64,000 nt of DNA, from assembly GCF_004010195.1 (NCBI RefSeq), contig NC_057751.1:7964137-8028136 (forward strand), in the 5' to 3' direction. Below are positions 38,860 through 50,115 of the stretch, one piece after another. The position numbers and the translations under genes are program-made. The stretch is from Chiloscyllium plagiosum. Its lineage: Eukaryota. The number at the start of each line of letters is the position of its first letter. The first letter of the stretch is position 1. The notes under the pieces are model-generated. The model saw only the letters and a list, made by a program, of their open reading frames with translations, was not told the origin of the DNA and ran no database searches.

Positions 38860-39200
38860 TGTTCAGTCTTAGTCTGTATACCATCTACAATACAAACTGA
38901 ATAAGTTCATCAAGGAACCCAGACAACACCTTGCAAACCCACAAACTCTACTGCCTCAAAGTACAAGGGCAGCAGTGACATGGGAGCATCAGTCACTGTA
39001 AGTTCTCCTTCAAGCCATTCACCAAACTGACTTGGAAATATATCGCTGCTCCTTCAGTGTGAAAAATCTGGAACTCTCTTCCGAATGGCGCTGTGATTCC
39101 CTGGCATCAAATGGACTGCAGCTCACCACCATCTTCTCAAGGGATGTGGAGGAGGAGCAATAAATGCAGGCCCAGGTAGTGACGTCCACGTCCAATGAAT
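38860..39200 (+). mobile_element. LINE family 2, 3' end
   Basis: acaagggcagcag..tgacttggaaatatatcgctg..gcaataaatgc tail. Confidence 0.8.
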
Positions 39201-39289
39201 TTAAAATTGCACTGTTGTCAGTTACTGTCCTCAATACTTTCGGTGAATTCTTCTTTGCGGCTAGCTCTGGGATTTTCCCAAACTGCACC

Positions 39290-39560
39290 AAGATTAAAGA
39301 AACCCATGAATAATATCCTGCCTGTTTTTGACACACCTTCATTTTCTTCACATGAGTTCTCCGTCCTGCAGTGTAGCTGTAGTACTGAGACTGACAGGCC
39401 CATCCCAAGAGTGTCTTCTGTTATCTCTTTCCTCCACCCATATAGATTCTCCACCTTTTGATTCAAGATTATTCCTTGCTATCGTACTAATTCTACCTTG
39501 TACTGACAAAGCTACCCCACTGCCCTTTCCTTCTTCCCTGTCCTTCCCACAAGCCAAACA
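39290..39560 (-). mobile_element. CR1 endonuclease-domain fragment
   Basis: KDREEGKGSGVALSV...ESIWVE (ORF 39348..39557). Confidence 0.7.
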
Positions 39561-39724
39561 CCGTTCGTTATTAAAGTCCCAGATTTGATCTCCTTAAATG
39601 TTTGCCTCCACAATGGTTATAAGATCATCCATTAACTTCTAGTTGTGCGGTTCATATATTTATTTGGTTCCTAATACTGTGTGAATTGTGCAGAGACATA
39701 AAGTTTTCCCCTTTTACCAATTTA

Positions 39725-40972
39725 ACTAGCCATTTGGATACAGAGCCAGCTCAAAGGGTGGTGGTGGAGGGTAGATCTTCAGACGGGTGTGTCACAAAGA
39801 TCAGTCCTCAGTCCACTGCTTTTTGTCATTTATATAAATGATTTAGATGTGAACATAGGAGGTATAGTTTGTAAGTTTGCAGATGACACCAACATTGGAG
39901 GTGTCATGGACAGCGGAGAAGGTTACCTCAGAGTACAATGGGATCTTGGTCAGATGGGCCAATGGGCTGAGAAGTGGCAGATAGAGTTTAATTTTGATAA
40001 ATGTGAGATGCCGCATTTTGAAAAGGGCAGGACTTATACATTTAATGGTAAGGTTCTGGGGATTATTGCAGAACAAAGAGACCTTGGAATGCAGATTCAT
40101 AGTTCCTTCAAAGTGGAGTTTCAGGTAGACAGGAGAGTGAAAGAGGCATTTAGTATGCTTTCCTTTATTGGTGAGAGCATTGTGTGTAGAAGCTGTACAG
40201 GACATTGGTTCAGCCACTTTTGGAATAGTATGTCTCCTCCCTTTTGGAACAATCTTGTGAAACTTGAAAAGGTTCAGAAAAGATTTACAAGGATGTTGTC
40301 AGGGTTGTAGGGTTTGAGCTACACATCAACAAACACATCGACCTGGACCCAATATACCAACCACTACAGCGGACAGCTGAAACTGACAACTGGAAGCGGC
40401 AGGGACAGACCACTATAAACACCGGAGGAAACATCAAAGAAGCGCTTCGCAGGATGTCGCCTAGCCAGGGGACGAAACGTTTGCAACAAAAACTTCCAGC
40501 TCGGCGAACAGAACCACAGCAGGGTTTGAGCTATAGGGAGAGACTGAATATGCTGTGGCTGCTTTCCCTGGAGTTTCAGAGGCTGAGGGGTGACGTTAGA
40601 GAAGTTGATAAAGTCATGAGGGGCATGGATATGGTATATAGACAAGGTCTTTTCCCTGGGGTCGGGGAGTCCAGAACTAGAGGGCATAGGTTTAGGGTGA
40701 GAGGGGAAAGATTTAAAAGGAACCTAAGGGGCAACCTTTTCACTCAGAGGGTGGTACATGTATGGAGTGAGCTGCCAGAGGAAGTGATGGAGGCTGGTAC
40801 AATTGCAACATTTAAAAGGCATTTGGATGGGTATATGAATAGCAAGAGTTTAGAGGGATATGGGCCAAGTGCCGGCAAATGGGATTAGGTTAGATTAGGA
40901 TATCTGGTCGGCATGGGCGAGTTGGATCAAAGGGTCTGTCATTGTGCTGTGCATCCCTATGACTCTATGACA
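39725..40972 (+). mobile_element. CR1/HER1-like LINE 3' portion, interrupted at 40322-40520
   Basis: SVLSPLLFVIYINDLD, KFADDT and NLFTQRVVHVWSELPEE motifs; tail ctatgactctatga. Confidence 0.95.
40322..40520 (+). mobile_element. Penelope 3' terminal fragment with 13-bp TSD
   Basis: INKHIDLDPIY-like start, homologous to 22285-22500. TSD agggtttgagcta at 40309-40321 and 40521-40533. Confidence 0.88.
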
Positions 40973-41099
40973 CTATTTGCTCTTGTTTTCTATGTTTGCA
41001 TATTCCATTCTTCCAGGTCCCTGTCCGGGAATCATTCTGAATTAGCTGCTCTACATTGCTACCGTACCTTCTTTGTTTGTAAGCCTTTGTTTCCTCACT

Positions 41100-41500
41100 T
41101 CCACACCCTCTTTCCCAACCTTTCTAATTAGTTGAAAACCCTCTCCCCAGCTTTCAATTCGCTCGGACACTGATGCGAAATGGTTCAAGTGAAAGCAGCT
41201 CCCTTCTGCCCCAGAGGTAGTGCCAATATCACATGAACTGAAACCTTTTCTTCCTATACCAATCTTTCAGCCACGTATCTAGCTCCTTCACTTAATGCAG
41301 TCTCTGCCAGTTTGTCCGTGGCTCTTCTGTCTTTTACTTCAATACTTTTCAGCGGAACCTCCTTTTTCCTCTGATCAACGTCATTCGTACGGACGTGGAT
41401 TATAACTGGACTTTTCCCTTCGCCTCTAGGTTCCACTCGACTCCTCAGGAGACATGCTTAACACTGGCAACAGATTGACAACACAGCCTTCAGTCCTCAC
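41100..41500 (-). mobile_element. Decayed CR1 ORF1 fragment
   Basis: EGKSPVIIHVRTND (compare the SGNH block VHVGTND). Confidence 0.6.
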
Positions 41501-41519
41501 ACTCATGGCCACCCCCAAT

Positions 41520-41705
41520 GGGGGAGGTGATGACCTAGTGGTATTATCACCAGACTGTTCATCCCAGAGACACAGGTAATGTTTTGGTTACACCAATGTT
41601 ATTTTTGAAATCTGGAATGATGAGTCTAATGGTGACCCTGAAACCATTGTCACAAAAAACGACCTGGTTCACTCATGTCCTTCAGGGAAGGAAACTGCCA
41701 TTTTG
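41520..41705 (+). mobile_element. tRNA-head SINE family 2
   Basis: ggggaggtgatgacctagtggtattatcacc head and ctggttcact-atgtccttcagggaaggaaa-tgcc body. Confidence 0.8.
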
Positions 41706-41736
41706 ACTAGCTACATTGCTCCTGGAATATCCACTC

Positions 41737-41821
41737 TACACTTGCTCAAAACAACTAGAAAAGTTAGGGTCTGGGCTACCTTCTTGAAATGTTTTGAGGG
41801 GGTCTGGCCTGGTCCATAACA
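41737..41821 (+). mobile_element. Probable LTR 3' end
   Basis: Ends ...ggtctggcctggtccataACA. Assignment is tentative. Confidence 0.3.
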
Positions 41822-41976
41822 CGCCACTCTCTTTCACATAGCTGTTGGACTGTAGTGGGGTCTGAGGCTCGTCAGATGCAGGGAAATAGAGAAACACAAA
41901 AGAATGGAGACCGAGACACAAACAGAAGAGCTCAGGTTTACAATCAGCTGCATTTCCCTGCATTCACATCACGTTC

Positions 41977-42206
41977 AAAAACAGAAACTGCTGGAAAGGC
42001 TCAGTAGGTCCGGACAGCTACTGCGGAGAGAAATCAGAGTTAATGCTTCGGGTCATGGGACCTTCTTCAGAACCCCAATGAAGGGTCACTCGACCCAAAA
42101 CGTTAACTCTGATTTCTCTCCACAGATGCCACCAGACCTGCTGAGCTCTTCCAGCAATTTCTGTTTTAGTTTCTGATTTACAGCATCCGCAGTTCTTTCG
42201 TTTTGT
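41977..42206. mobile_element. Palindromic Penelope-derived element
   Basis: Imperfect ~90-bp inverted arms (aaaacagaaactgctggaa.. / ..ttccagcaatttctgtttt) with degenerate CTGAAGA-GGGTC/GACCC-GAAA motifs facing the centre. Confidence 0.8.
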
Positions 42207-42639
42207 TACCACCTTCTGACATGACAAAGAAGAACAAAGAACGGTCCAGGAACAGGTCCTTGGCCCCAACAAACTGTGCTGACACACTGCAGCTCGTGAT
42301 CCGCGCCTTTTATACTTTCCTAGCCTCACTAAAAATTTACCGTTTTGAGCTCCGAAAAGACAATAAACCATAAAAATTTCCCACGTACTCATCAATTAAC
42401 CACCTTCTTTAGAACATAAGAACTTGGAGCAGGAGTAGGCTATCTGGCCCTTCCAACTCGCTCAGCTCCACTTCCCTTGTAGCAGAGCACAGCAAAATTC
42501 ATTCCTGGAGGGTAAATCAGTCTTGGCAATCTGCCCCTTACTCAACTTAGTCCAATGACATATTCCAATCACCAGTAAGAATTTTTAACTGGAACAAAGT
42601 CAACTTATTGATAGGATAAGCGTTTGAGGGTGTTCGAGT

Positions 42640-43170
42640 AAATAGACGATTGGGTCAGCATGAGGAAGAAATGCATAAACAGATTGGAGGAGGTTTTAGA
42701 AGCACATTAAAAGTAAGCAAGTAGCTAAATTGAACATTAGTCTCTTCGAAGAGGAGAAAGGATCAATTCTCAACAATAGTGAGAAATGAACAAGTATTTT
42801 GTGCGTCTCCTTAATAAATGAAAATGTTGCAGAATAGAAATGTAGAATATCCCAGGAACTTAAATGACAGAAAAAAAATGAAGGTAGTTAATATCAGCAG
42901 AGAGAAGAAACTGAATGGTGCAAAATCCTAAAAGTCCCGAGACACCTATACCTCACTGTTCTCTCAGATGGTTGTAAACAATGAAGTGACATGTTCACTT
43001 GTTTTGTCTAAAAGTCCCCAGATCCTGGAATGATTCAAGTGCATTGAAACGTAACAAATCTAACTTTGCTATTCAAGATGAAAGGGAAAGAGGTAAATAG
43101 ACTCTATAGCCCAAAGAAACCCATGGAAAACACTGGAATGATTTCCAAAGGCAGAATTTAAAGTACACTG
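42640..43170 (+). mobile_element. Very old CR1 ORF2 fragment
   Basis: Decayed NKYF, KSP and LLFK.KGKR..DYSP segments upstream of RT. Confidence 0.5.
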
Positions 43171-43189
43171 AGAAGATAGTTGCACATTC

Positions 43190-44625
43190 AAGCAAATCCA
43201 TCTGCCACTTATCAGCCCACTTCTGTCAATGTCCTGTTGCAACCGACAACAGCCCTCCACACTATCCAGAACTCCACCAACCTTCATGTCATCTGCAAAC
43301 TTACTAATCCATCCTTGCCCTTCCACATCCAAGTCATTTACAAAAATCACAAAGAGCAGAGGTCCCAGAACTGATCCCTGCGAAATACCACTGGTCACTG
43401 AGCTCCAGGCTGAATCATTCCATCTACCACCACCCTCTGTCTTCTATGGGCCAGCCAATTCTGTATCCAGACAGCCAGATTTCCCTGTATCCCATGCATC
43501 CTTACTTTCTGAATGAGCCTACCATGTAGAACCTTATCAAATGCCTTGCTGAAATCCATATACATTATATCCACTACTCTACCTTCATCAATGTATTTTG
43601 TCACATTTTCAAAGAACTCAATAAGGTTTGTGAGGCATGACCTGCTCCTCTCATAACCATGCTAATGATGTCTAATCAAGCTATGGTTTTCCAAGCAATC
43701 ATAAATCCTGTCTCTCAGAATCCTCTCCAATACTTTACCCCCACAGATGTGAGACCGACTAGTCTTTAATTTCCAGGATTATCCCTATCCTCTTTCTTGA
43801 ACAAGGGAATAACATTTGCCACCCTCCAATCATCTGATACTACTTCAGTGGACAATGAGGGCGCAAAGATCATTGCCATATGCACAACAATGTTTACACT
43901 TGATTCCTGTAGTAACCTACGGTATGTCCCGTCTGGCCCAGGGGATTTATCTGTCCCAATGATTTTCAAAATTTTCAGCACATCCTCTTTCTTAACATCA
44001 ACTTGTTCAAACCTATCAGTCTACTTCACACTGTCCTCATAAACTTCAAGGCCCGTCTCAGCAGTATTCATTAAGGACCTCCCTCACTTCCTTGGACTCC
44101 AGGCGCAAGTTCCCTCCATTATCCCTGGCCCTCACTCTGGCCATCCTCTTGTTCCGCAGATAAGAGTAGAATGCCTTGGGGTTTTCCTTAATCCTACCCA
44201 CTAAAGGTTTTTCATGCCCTCTTCTAGCTCTCCTAAGTCCATTCTTCAGTTCCTTCCTGGCAACCTTGTAATCCTGCTGGAAAAGCGCAGCAGGTCAGGC
44301 AGCATCCAAGGAACAGGAGAATCGACCTTTCGGGCATAAGTCCTTCTTCAGGAAGAAGGGCTTATGCCCGTAACGTCGATTCTCCTGTTCCTTGGATGCT
44401 GCCTGACCTGCTGCGCTTTTCCAGCAACACATTTTCAGCTCTGATCTCCAGCCCTCACTTTCTCTTACCTTGTAATCCTCCAGAGTCCTGTCTGATCCTT
44501 GCCTCCTCAACCTTCTTCCACTTGATTAGATGCTCCACATCCTTTATCACCCAAGATTCTTTCAACCTACCATTCCTTCTTTGCTCCAATGAGAAAAGCC
44601 CTAGCTCCCTCAACCTTCCTCCATA
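43190..44625 (-). mobile_element. CR1-like LINE RT remnant
   Basis: DKSPGPDG, DWRVANVIPLFKK, YMDFSKAFDKV, QGSVLGPLLF and KFADD motifs. Confidence 0.95.
44275..44466. mobile_element. Near-perfect palindromic Penelope-derived element with TSD, nested in CR1
   Basis: ~75-bp inverted arms at 44275-44349 and 44352-44426. TSD accttgtaatcct at 44263-44275 and 44467-44479. Confidence 0.9.
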
Positions 44626-44659
44626 AGTTTCAAGTTGAATGCCTTTAAGTAGTTGAGAG

Positions 44660-45930
44660 CCCTAAGGGGTCATGGCTCAGGTCTCGACTAGATATTTTCC
44701 ACACTAAGCTCACTGATGAAAGCAAGATGGGTAGAAATATGAGCAGAGAGCAGGGCACACAAAAGCTGTACATCAAACTGTGGTTAGGTGAATGGGTGGC
44801 AGCAAGGCAGACGGTGTATAACAGAGTTTCAGGTGATTCACGATGGCCATAAGAGCGAAGAACATTTTTCGAAAGACGTGACAATTGGAAATACTGATGT
44901 TCAGAGAAATTTAAGAAAAAAACCAAGAAAGTGAGTTTGCAGGTACAGCAAGAATTGGGAAGACAGATGGCATATCAGTGTGCAGATAATGTAGTACATG
45001 AAATAAATCTTGCGACTGTTACACAGGCCTTCAGCAGACAACACCTTGAATCCTGCAATATCTAATGCTGCAAGTAGCATCCGTTTCCAAAGCAGGATAT
45101 GCTTATAGCTAAGGCAGCAGACTTTTATTTGGTTGCTCCCTGGGATTGCAGGGTTATCCTGTGATGAGATGGGGTCGATCTCATCTGAACTTTACAAGAA
45201 TGAAAAGTGACCTCATTGAAGATCACCAAGGAGATCGTTAAAAATCACACAACACCAGGTTACAGTCCAACAGGTTTATTTGGAAGCACTGGCTTTCGAG
45301 GTGCTGCCTCTTCATCAGGTGGTTATGGAACATGATCATAAGAGACAGAATTTATCGCAAGAGGGTTACAGTGCCATGGAACTGTAATGATATATTCAAC
45401 AAATTTAGATTTGTTTAATATCTCACTACAGCTCCATGATACTATAATAGTTTTGCTATAAATTCTGTCTCTTCTGATCCTGTTCTGTAGCCACCTGATG
45501 AAGGAGCAGCACTCTGAAAGCTTCCAAACAAACCTGTTGGACTATAATTTGGTGTTGTGTGATTTTGAACTTTGTCCACCCCAGTACAATAGCACCTCCA
45601 CATCATGACCACGGAGATCGATAGGGAACACACTGACAGATTGATTCCATTGCTTGGGAAGCTGAACAGAAAGGACCCACTCTCAGGCAAAGGAGACAAC
45701 TATTTTGGACTGATATGCAGAGAAATTTCTTCAATCAAAAAGCTATGAATCTTTGGGAATTCTCCACCCGTCTCCAAGGGCTGCTGATGCTCCACCTCTG
45801 TATATTCTGATGACTCATACAGATAGATTTTTGTCTTAGGAACATAAAGGCCTTGCAGTTGATTTCAAGTCCAAGATCAGACATGATGTCTGGTAAGTCT
45901 TGATGAGTTTTATAATCAACTTCTGCTCCC
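44660..45930 (+). mobile_element. Old CR1-like LINE, interrupted
   Basis: gaatgaaaagtgacctcattgaa, agaaatttcttc..tgaatctttgggaattc and gatagattttt motifs. Confidence 0.7.
45238..45607. mobile_element. ~330-bp palindromic Penelope-derived element with a hammerhead core in each arm
   Basis: Inverted arms spanning 45239-45567, centred near 45406. TSD accaaggagatcg (45225-45237) / accacggagatcg (45608-45620). Confidence 0.88.
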
Positions 45931-46889
45931 ATCCCCTGTGTTATTGCGTTTTGCACTCAGCAGCTGTACATGACTAATTCTCAGTCCTGTATTTCCAGGA
46001 AATGAATGGGCAGGATGCAGTCAGCTGCCTCAGGACAGAAATTCCCAGGATTCTTCTTATGTAGAATGGAGGACAACACATTCATGCCGCACGTGGAAAC
46101 AGAGCCTGCTGGAACTCATTAATTCGTACATGGACAGTGACCAGCTGTTCCAGCAAACACCATGTCAGCTTGCAATATTTCAACACTGGAGCTGTTACCC
46201 GGCTTGGCACAACCCTTCAGAAGTGAAGAAAAACTGTTTCCAAAAATAAAACACAGAGGATGACTCTGAATGAAATACTCAAAAATTTGATTTTGCCTCA
46301 TTAAAAAAAGAATTATCTAGCAATACTCATTTACTCAGCTTGACATAGTTCACTAATCCAGTCATTTTTAACAGTGTTGAAATTTAAAAAAGACTTCAAT
46401 CAATTCAAGCTTCAAATGGAAATATTAAACATTTTTAGTGCCTGTGTAGAACTCTGGATTGCAAGTCCATCCTTTTCATTAATCTTGGCATTTTATAGAG
46501 TCCACTTATTCTTCAACTTCAAACAATTATAGCAGGGAAAAGAACATAGTTTTTTTTTTGCCCCATGTTAATTATTTTCACCACAGTCTGATAAATAGGT
46601 ACATGGTGGGAAAACCCATAGTAATTGATGATTATAGGGGGGGTTTGGGGGAACAGTCCATGGGAAACACTTGCAAGCTCATTTCCTGATCATACTCTCA
46701 ATGCTAAGTTTGAAACCCACAAGTCTGTGGATGGAACTGTGCAGAACAGGTCACAACACAGGAACAGGAGTAGGCCATTCAGCCCCTCCCGGCTGTTCAA
46801 ACATTTAATAAGATCACGGCTCATCTGTGGCCTGTCTTTGTAGTGACTGGAAGCAGAGCCAGGTGGATCTTTGATTGGGATTTTTAACC

Positions 46890-47007
46890 TGGGCTATGCC
46901 CGAAACATCGATTGTCCTGCTCCTCGGATGCTGCCTGACCTGCTGCGTTTTACCAGCGCCACACTCTCGACTCTGACTCTCCAGCATCTGCAGTCCTCAC
47001 TTTCTCC
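46890..47007 (+). mobile_element. Single arm of the 44.3-kb Penelope-derived family
   Basis: gggctatgcccgaaacatcgattgtcctgctcctcggatgctgcctgacctgctgcg. Confidence 0.82.
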
Positions 47008-47419
47008 CAATCAGGGAGTCAGACATAAACAGGTGATTCAGAAGGTCTCCCCAGTCTCAGGACTGCCTTTGAGCTAGCTGATCAGAGCCCATGTACTGTG
47101 CGCTGTAAATAAAGAGTGACTCAGTGATGGGAGACCAGCCTTTATCCAGTTATTTCAGGCCCATATCGTCAAATACCTTTTGCTCAAACAAAATGTATCT
47201 ACCTCAGATTTAAAATAAGTCACAACTGATCCTGCATCCTGTGCACATTTAGCACCCTTTGTGTCTGGGTCCTCTCAGAATCATTCACATAATTTTGACC
47301 CATACAATGTGACGTTTCACTGACTCATTTGAGGAAAGAGATGCCCAAGGTCACCAGTCAATATGTCACTCAGTGAAATGTCAGTTTCAAAACTACATGT
47401 TTGCTTTTATTGGTTGCTT

Positions 47420-48000
47420 TTAGAGGGATTGAGTTTCAGAACCACGAGGTCATGCTGCAGCTGTAGAAACCTCTGGTGCGGATGCCCTGAGAGTATTGTG
47501 TACAGTTCTGGTCACTGCATTATCGGGAGGATGTGGAAGCTTTGGAAAGGGGTCAGAGGAGATTTACCAGGATGTTGCCTGTTATGGGGGAAGGTCTTAC
47601 GAGGAAAGTTTGAGGGACTTGAGGTTATTTTTGTTGGAGAGAAGAATGTGGAGACGTGACTTAATTGAGACACATAAGAGGGTTAGATAGATTGGACAGT
47701 GAGAGCTGTTTTCCTTGGAAAGCACAAGGGGACATAGCTTTAAGTTGAAGGGTGATAGAAAAAGGGCAGCTGTCAGAGGTAGTTTCTTTACTTCGAGAGT
47801 AGTAGGGGCGTGGAATGCACTACCTGCAACAGTAGTAGACTTGCCAACTTTAAGGGCATTTAAATGGTTATTGGATAGGCATATGGACGAGAATGGAATA
47901 GTGTAGGTGAGATGGGCTTCAGTTTGGTTCCTCAGGTCTGTGCAACATCGAGGGCTGAAGGGGCTGTACTGCGCTGCAATGTTCTATGTTCTGCGTTCTA
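47420..48000 (+). mobile_element. CR1-like LINE 3' fragment
   Basis: STRGHSFKLKG..SFFTSRVVGAWNALP motif; tail ttctatgttct. Confidence 0.9.
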
Positions 48001-48284
48001 AAAAAGCTCATTCAGAGGTAGGAACGTGCTCTATTTTTGCTGTCTACCTCGTGAACTCTATTGCAGAAACGAACAAGAGTAACAGATGGAATGGACACAC
48101 TAAGAACTGTAAATTCACACGTCACCCTGACTGGGAACTATATCCCTTGACCGTCATAGTGTCAATTGACTGAAATTCGCTCTCGGACAGCACTGTTGGA
48201 TGTGACTACGCCATGGGGAGTGCACCAATTCAAGGAAACAGCTCACTACCGGTGATGCTCTTGGTTCACAGGTAAACCACAAGA

Positions 48285-48630
48285 AGCAGCACAGTGGCCC
48301 AGTGGTCAGCACTGCTGCCTCACAGCACCAGGGACCTGGGTTCGATTCCAGCCTCGGGGACTGACTGTGTGGAGTTTACACATTCTCCCCGTGTCTGTGT
48401 GTTTTTCCTCTGGGTGCTCTGGTTTCCTCCCACGATCCAAAGATGTGCAGGTCAGGTGAATTGGCTATGCTAAATTGCCCATAGTGTTCAGGGATGTGTA
48501 GGTTAGCCAGAGTAAATGTAGTGTTACTGGGATAGGGTAGGTAGGTGGGTCTGTGCGGGATGCTCCTCTTCAGAGGGTCAGTGTGGACTAGATGGGCCAC
48601 GTGGCCTGCATCCATACTGATAGGGAGTTA
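48285..48630 (+). mobile_element. HE1-type SINE (older)
   Basis: A box, B box (ggttcgattcc) and HE1 body. Confidence 0.9.
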
Positions 48631-48666
48631 TTCTATATCTTCAGGAATTGGACAGGATACCAGAGG

Positions 48667-48983
48667 TGGGCGGCGCGGTGGCCCAGTGGTTAGCACTGCT
48701 GCCTCACAGCGCCAGAGACCCGGGTTCAATTCCCGCCCCAGGCGACTGACTGTGTGGAGTTTGCACGTTCTCCCCGTGTCTGCGTGGGTTTCCTCCGGGT
48801 GCTCCGGTTTCCTCCCACAGTCCAAAGATGTGCAGGTCAGGTGAATTGGCCATACTAAATTGCCCATAGTGTTAGGTAAGGGGTAAATGTAGGGGTATGG
48901 GTGGGTTGCGCTTCGGTGGGTCGGTGTGGACTTGTTGGGCCGAAGGGCCTGTTTCCACACTGTAATCTAATCTAATCTAATCT
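48667..48983 (+). mobile_element. HE1-type SINE, young full-length copy with (TAATC)n tail
   Basis: Near-identical to the copy at 28669; ends tgtaatctaatctaatctaatct. Confidence 0.95.
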
Positions 48984-49639
48984 GATGAAGGTGCCAGAAT
49001 AATTGGTGGAAGTTGGGATGTGGTGCAGTCTCAGGATGGCGGGGGTTGATGGCGGGAGTTGCAGGGAGAGGAACAGTACACAAGCATTGACGGCCTTGTT
49101 CAAATCCCAAACGTGTCAACGGTATTAGCCAACTGCTCAAATGAAATCGGATTGTCTTGGTCACTCTCGATCTCCCCAGTCCAATTAATATTCTGGCAGC
49201 ATGCCCCCACCTTGGACTTCCATCCCGAAGCAAATGGTTCCCACATTATCCTTGAATAGAAGCTTCAATAAATCAGTTTCTCCATTAAGTCACGACGGTG
49301 CAATATTTTATGTACTGTGTTTTAACATCTTGCAATTGACAGGGCGTGAAAAGATTTACGAGCGCAACAGCTCATTTGAAAAGCCAGAAGAGAAGCTCAG
49401 CAAACAATCATCCCTCTCTGCTCGATGATGTGGGCAGATGGAAAGGGTCTAACGGAACAGTGGATTGGGCAAGGGCATATTCAACTCACTTGAGAAGGAT
49501 CATCGCCTCCCCATCCAACAGTTGTCCTCTTGCCTTCAGTTTCTTCTCTATCTGCACTTCCAAGGGCATCAGCAGCCCAACTGAAACTTTGACCCAACCC
49601 ACACTTTGGAGGTCGACCTGAGGAGCATGAACACTCGCT

Positions 49640-49930
49640 GGCGGGTGAAACCTGAAGTAGAATGAGGGGACAGATTTCGGACTGAGTTGAGGAAGAACTT
49701 CTTCACCCAGAGTGTTGCGAATCTGGGGAATTCCCGGCCCAGTTAAGCAGTTGGGGCTACCTCATTGAATTTCATTTTAGCAAAGAGGGATAGATTTTTT
49801 AAACAGTAAAGGAATTAAGGGTCATGGTGAGTGTTGGGATAAGTGGAACTGAGTCCATGAAAAGATCAGCCGCGATCTCACTGAATGGAGGAGCAGACTC
49901 GACAGGCCAGATAGCCTACTCTTGCTCCTT
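49640..49930 (+). mobile_element. CR1-like 3' fragment
   Basis: gaggaagaacttcttcacccagag..gatagattttt..gatctcactgaatgg. Confidence 0.8.
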
Positions 49931-49963
49931 CAGATCTCACATCACCTCATTTCTCGCTAACCT

Positions 49964-50115
49964 GGTGGGTGGCACAGTGGTTAGCACTGCTGCTTCACAG
50001 CGCCAGAGACCAGGTTCAATTCCCGCCTCAGGCGACTGACTGTGTGGAGTTTGCACGTTCTCCCCGTGTCTGCGTGGGTTTCCTCCGGGTGCTCCGGTTT
50101 CCTCCCACAGTCCAA
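49964..50115 (+). mobile_element. 5' half of a young HE1-type SINE
   Basis: Matches the young copies up to cctcccacagtccaa, then is replaced by the minisatellite. Confidence 0.93.
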
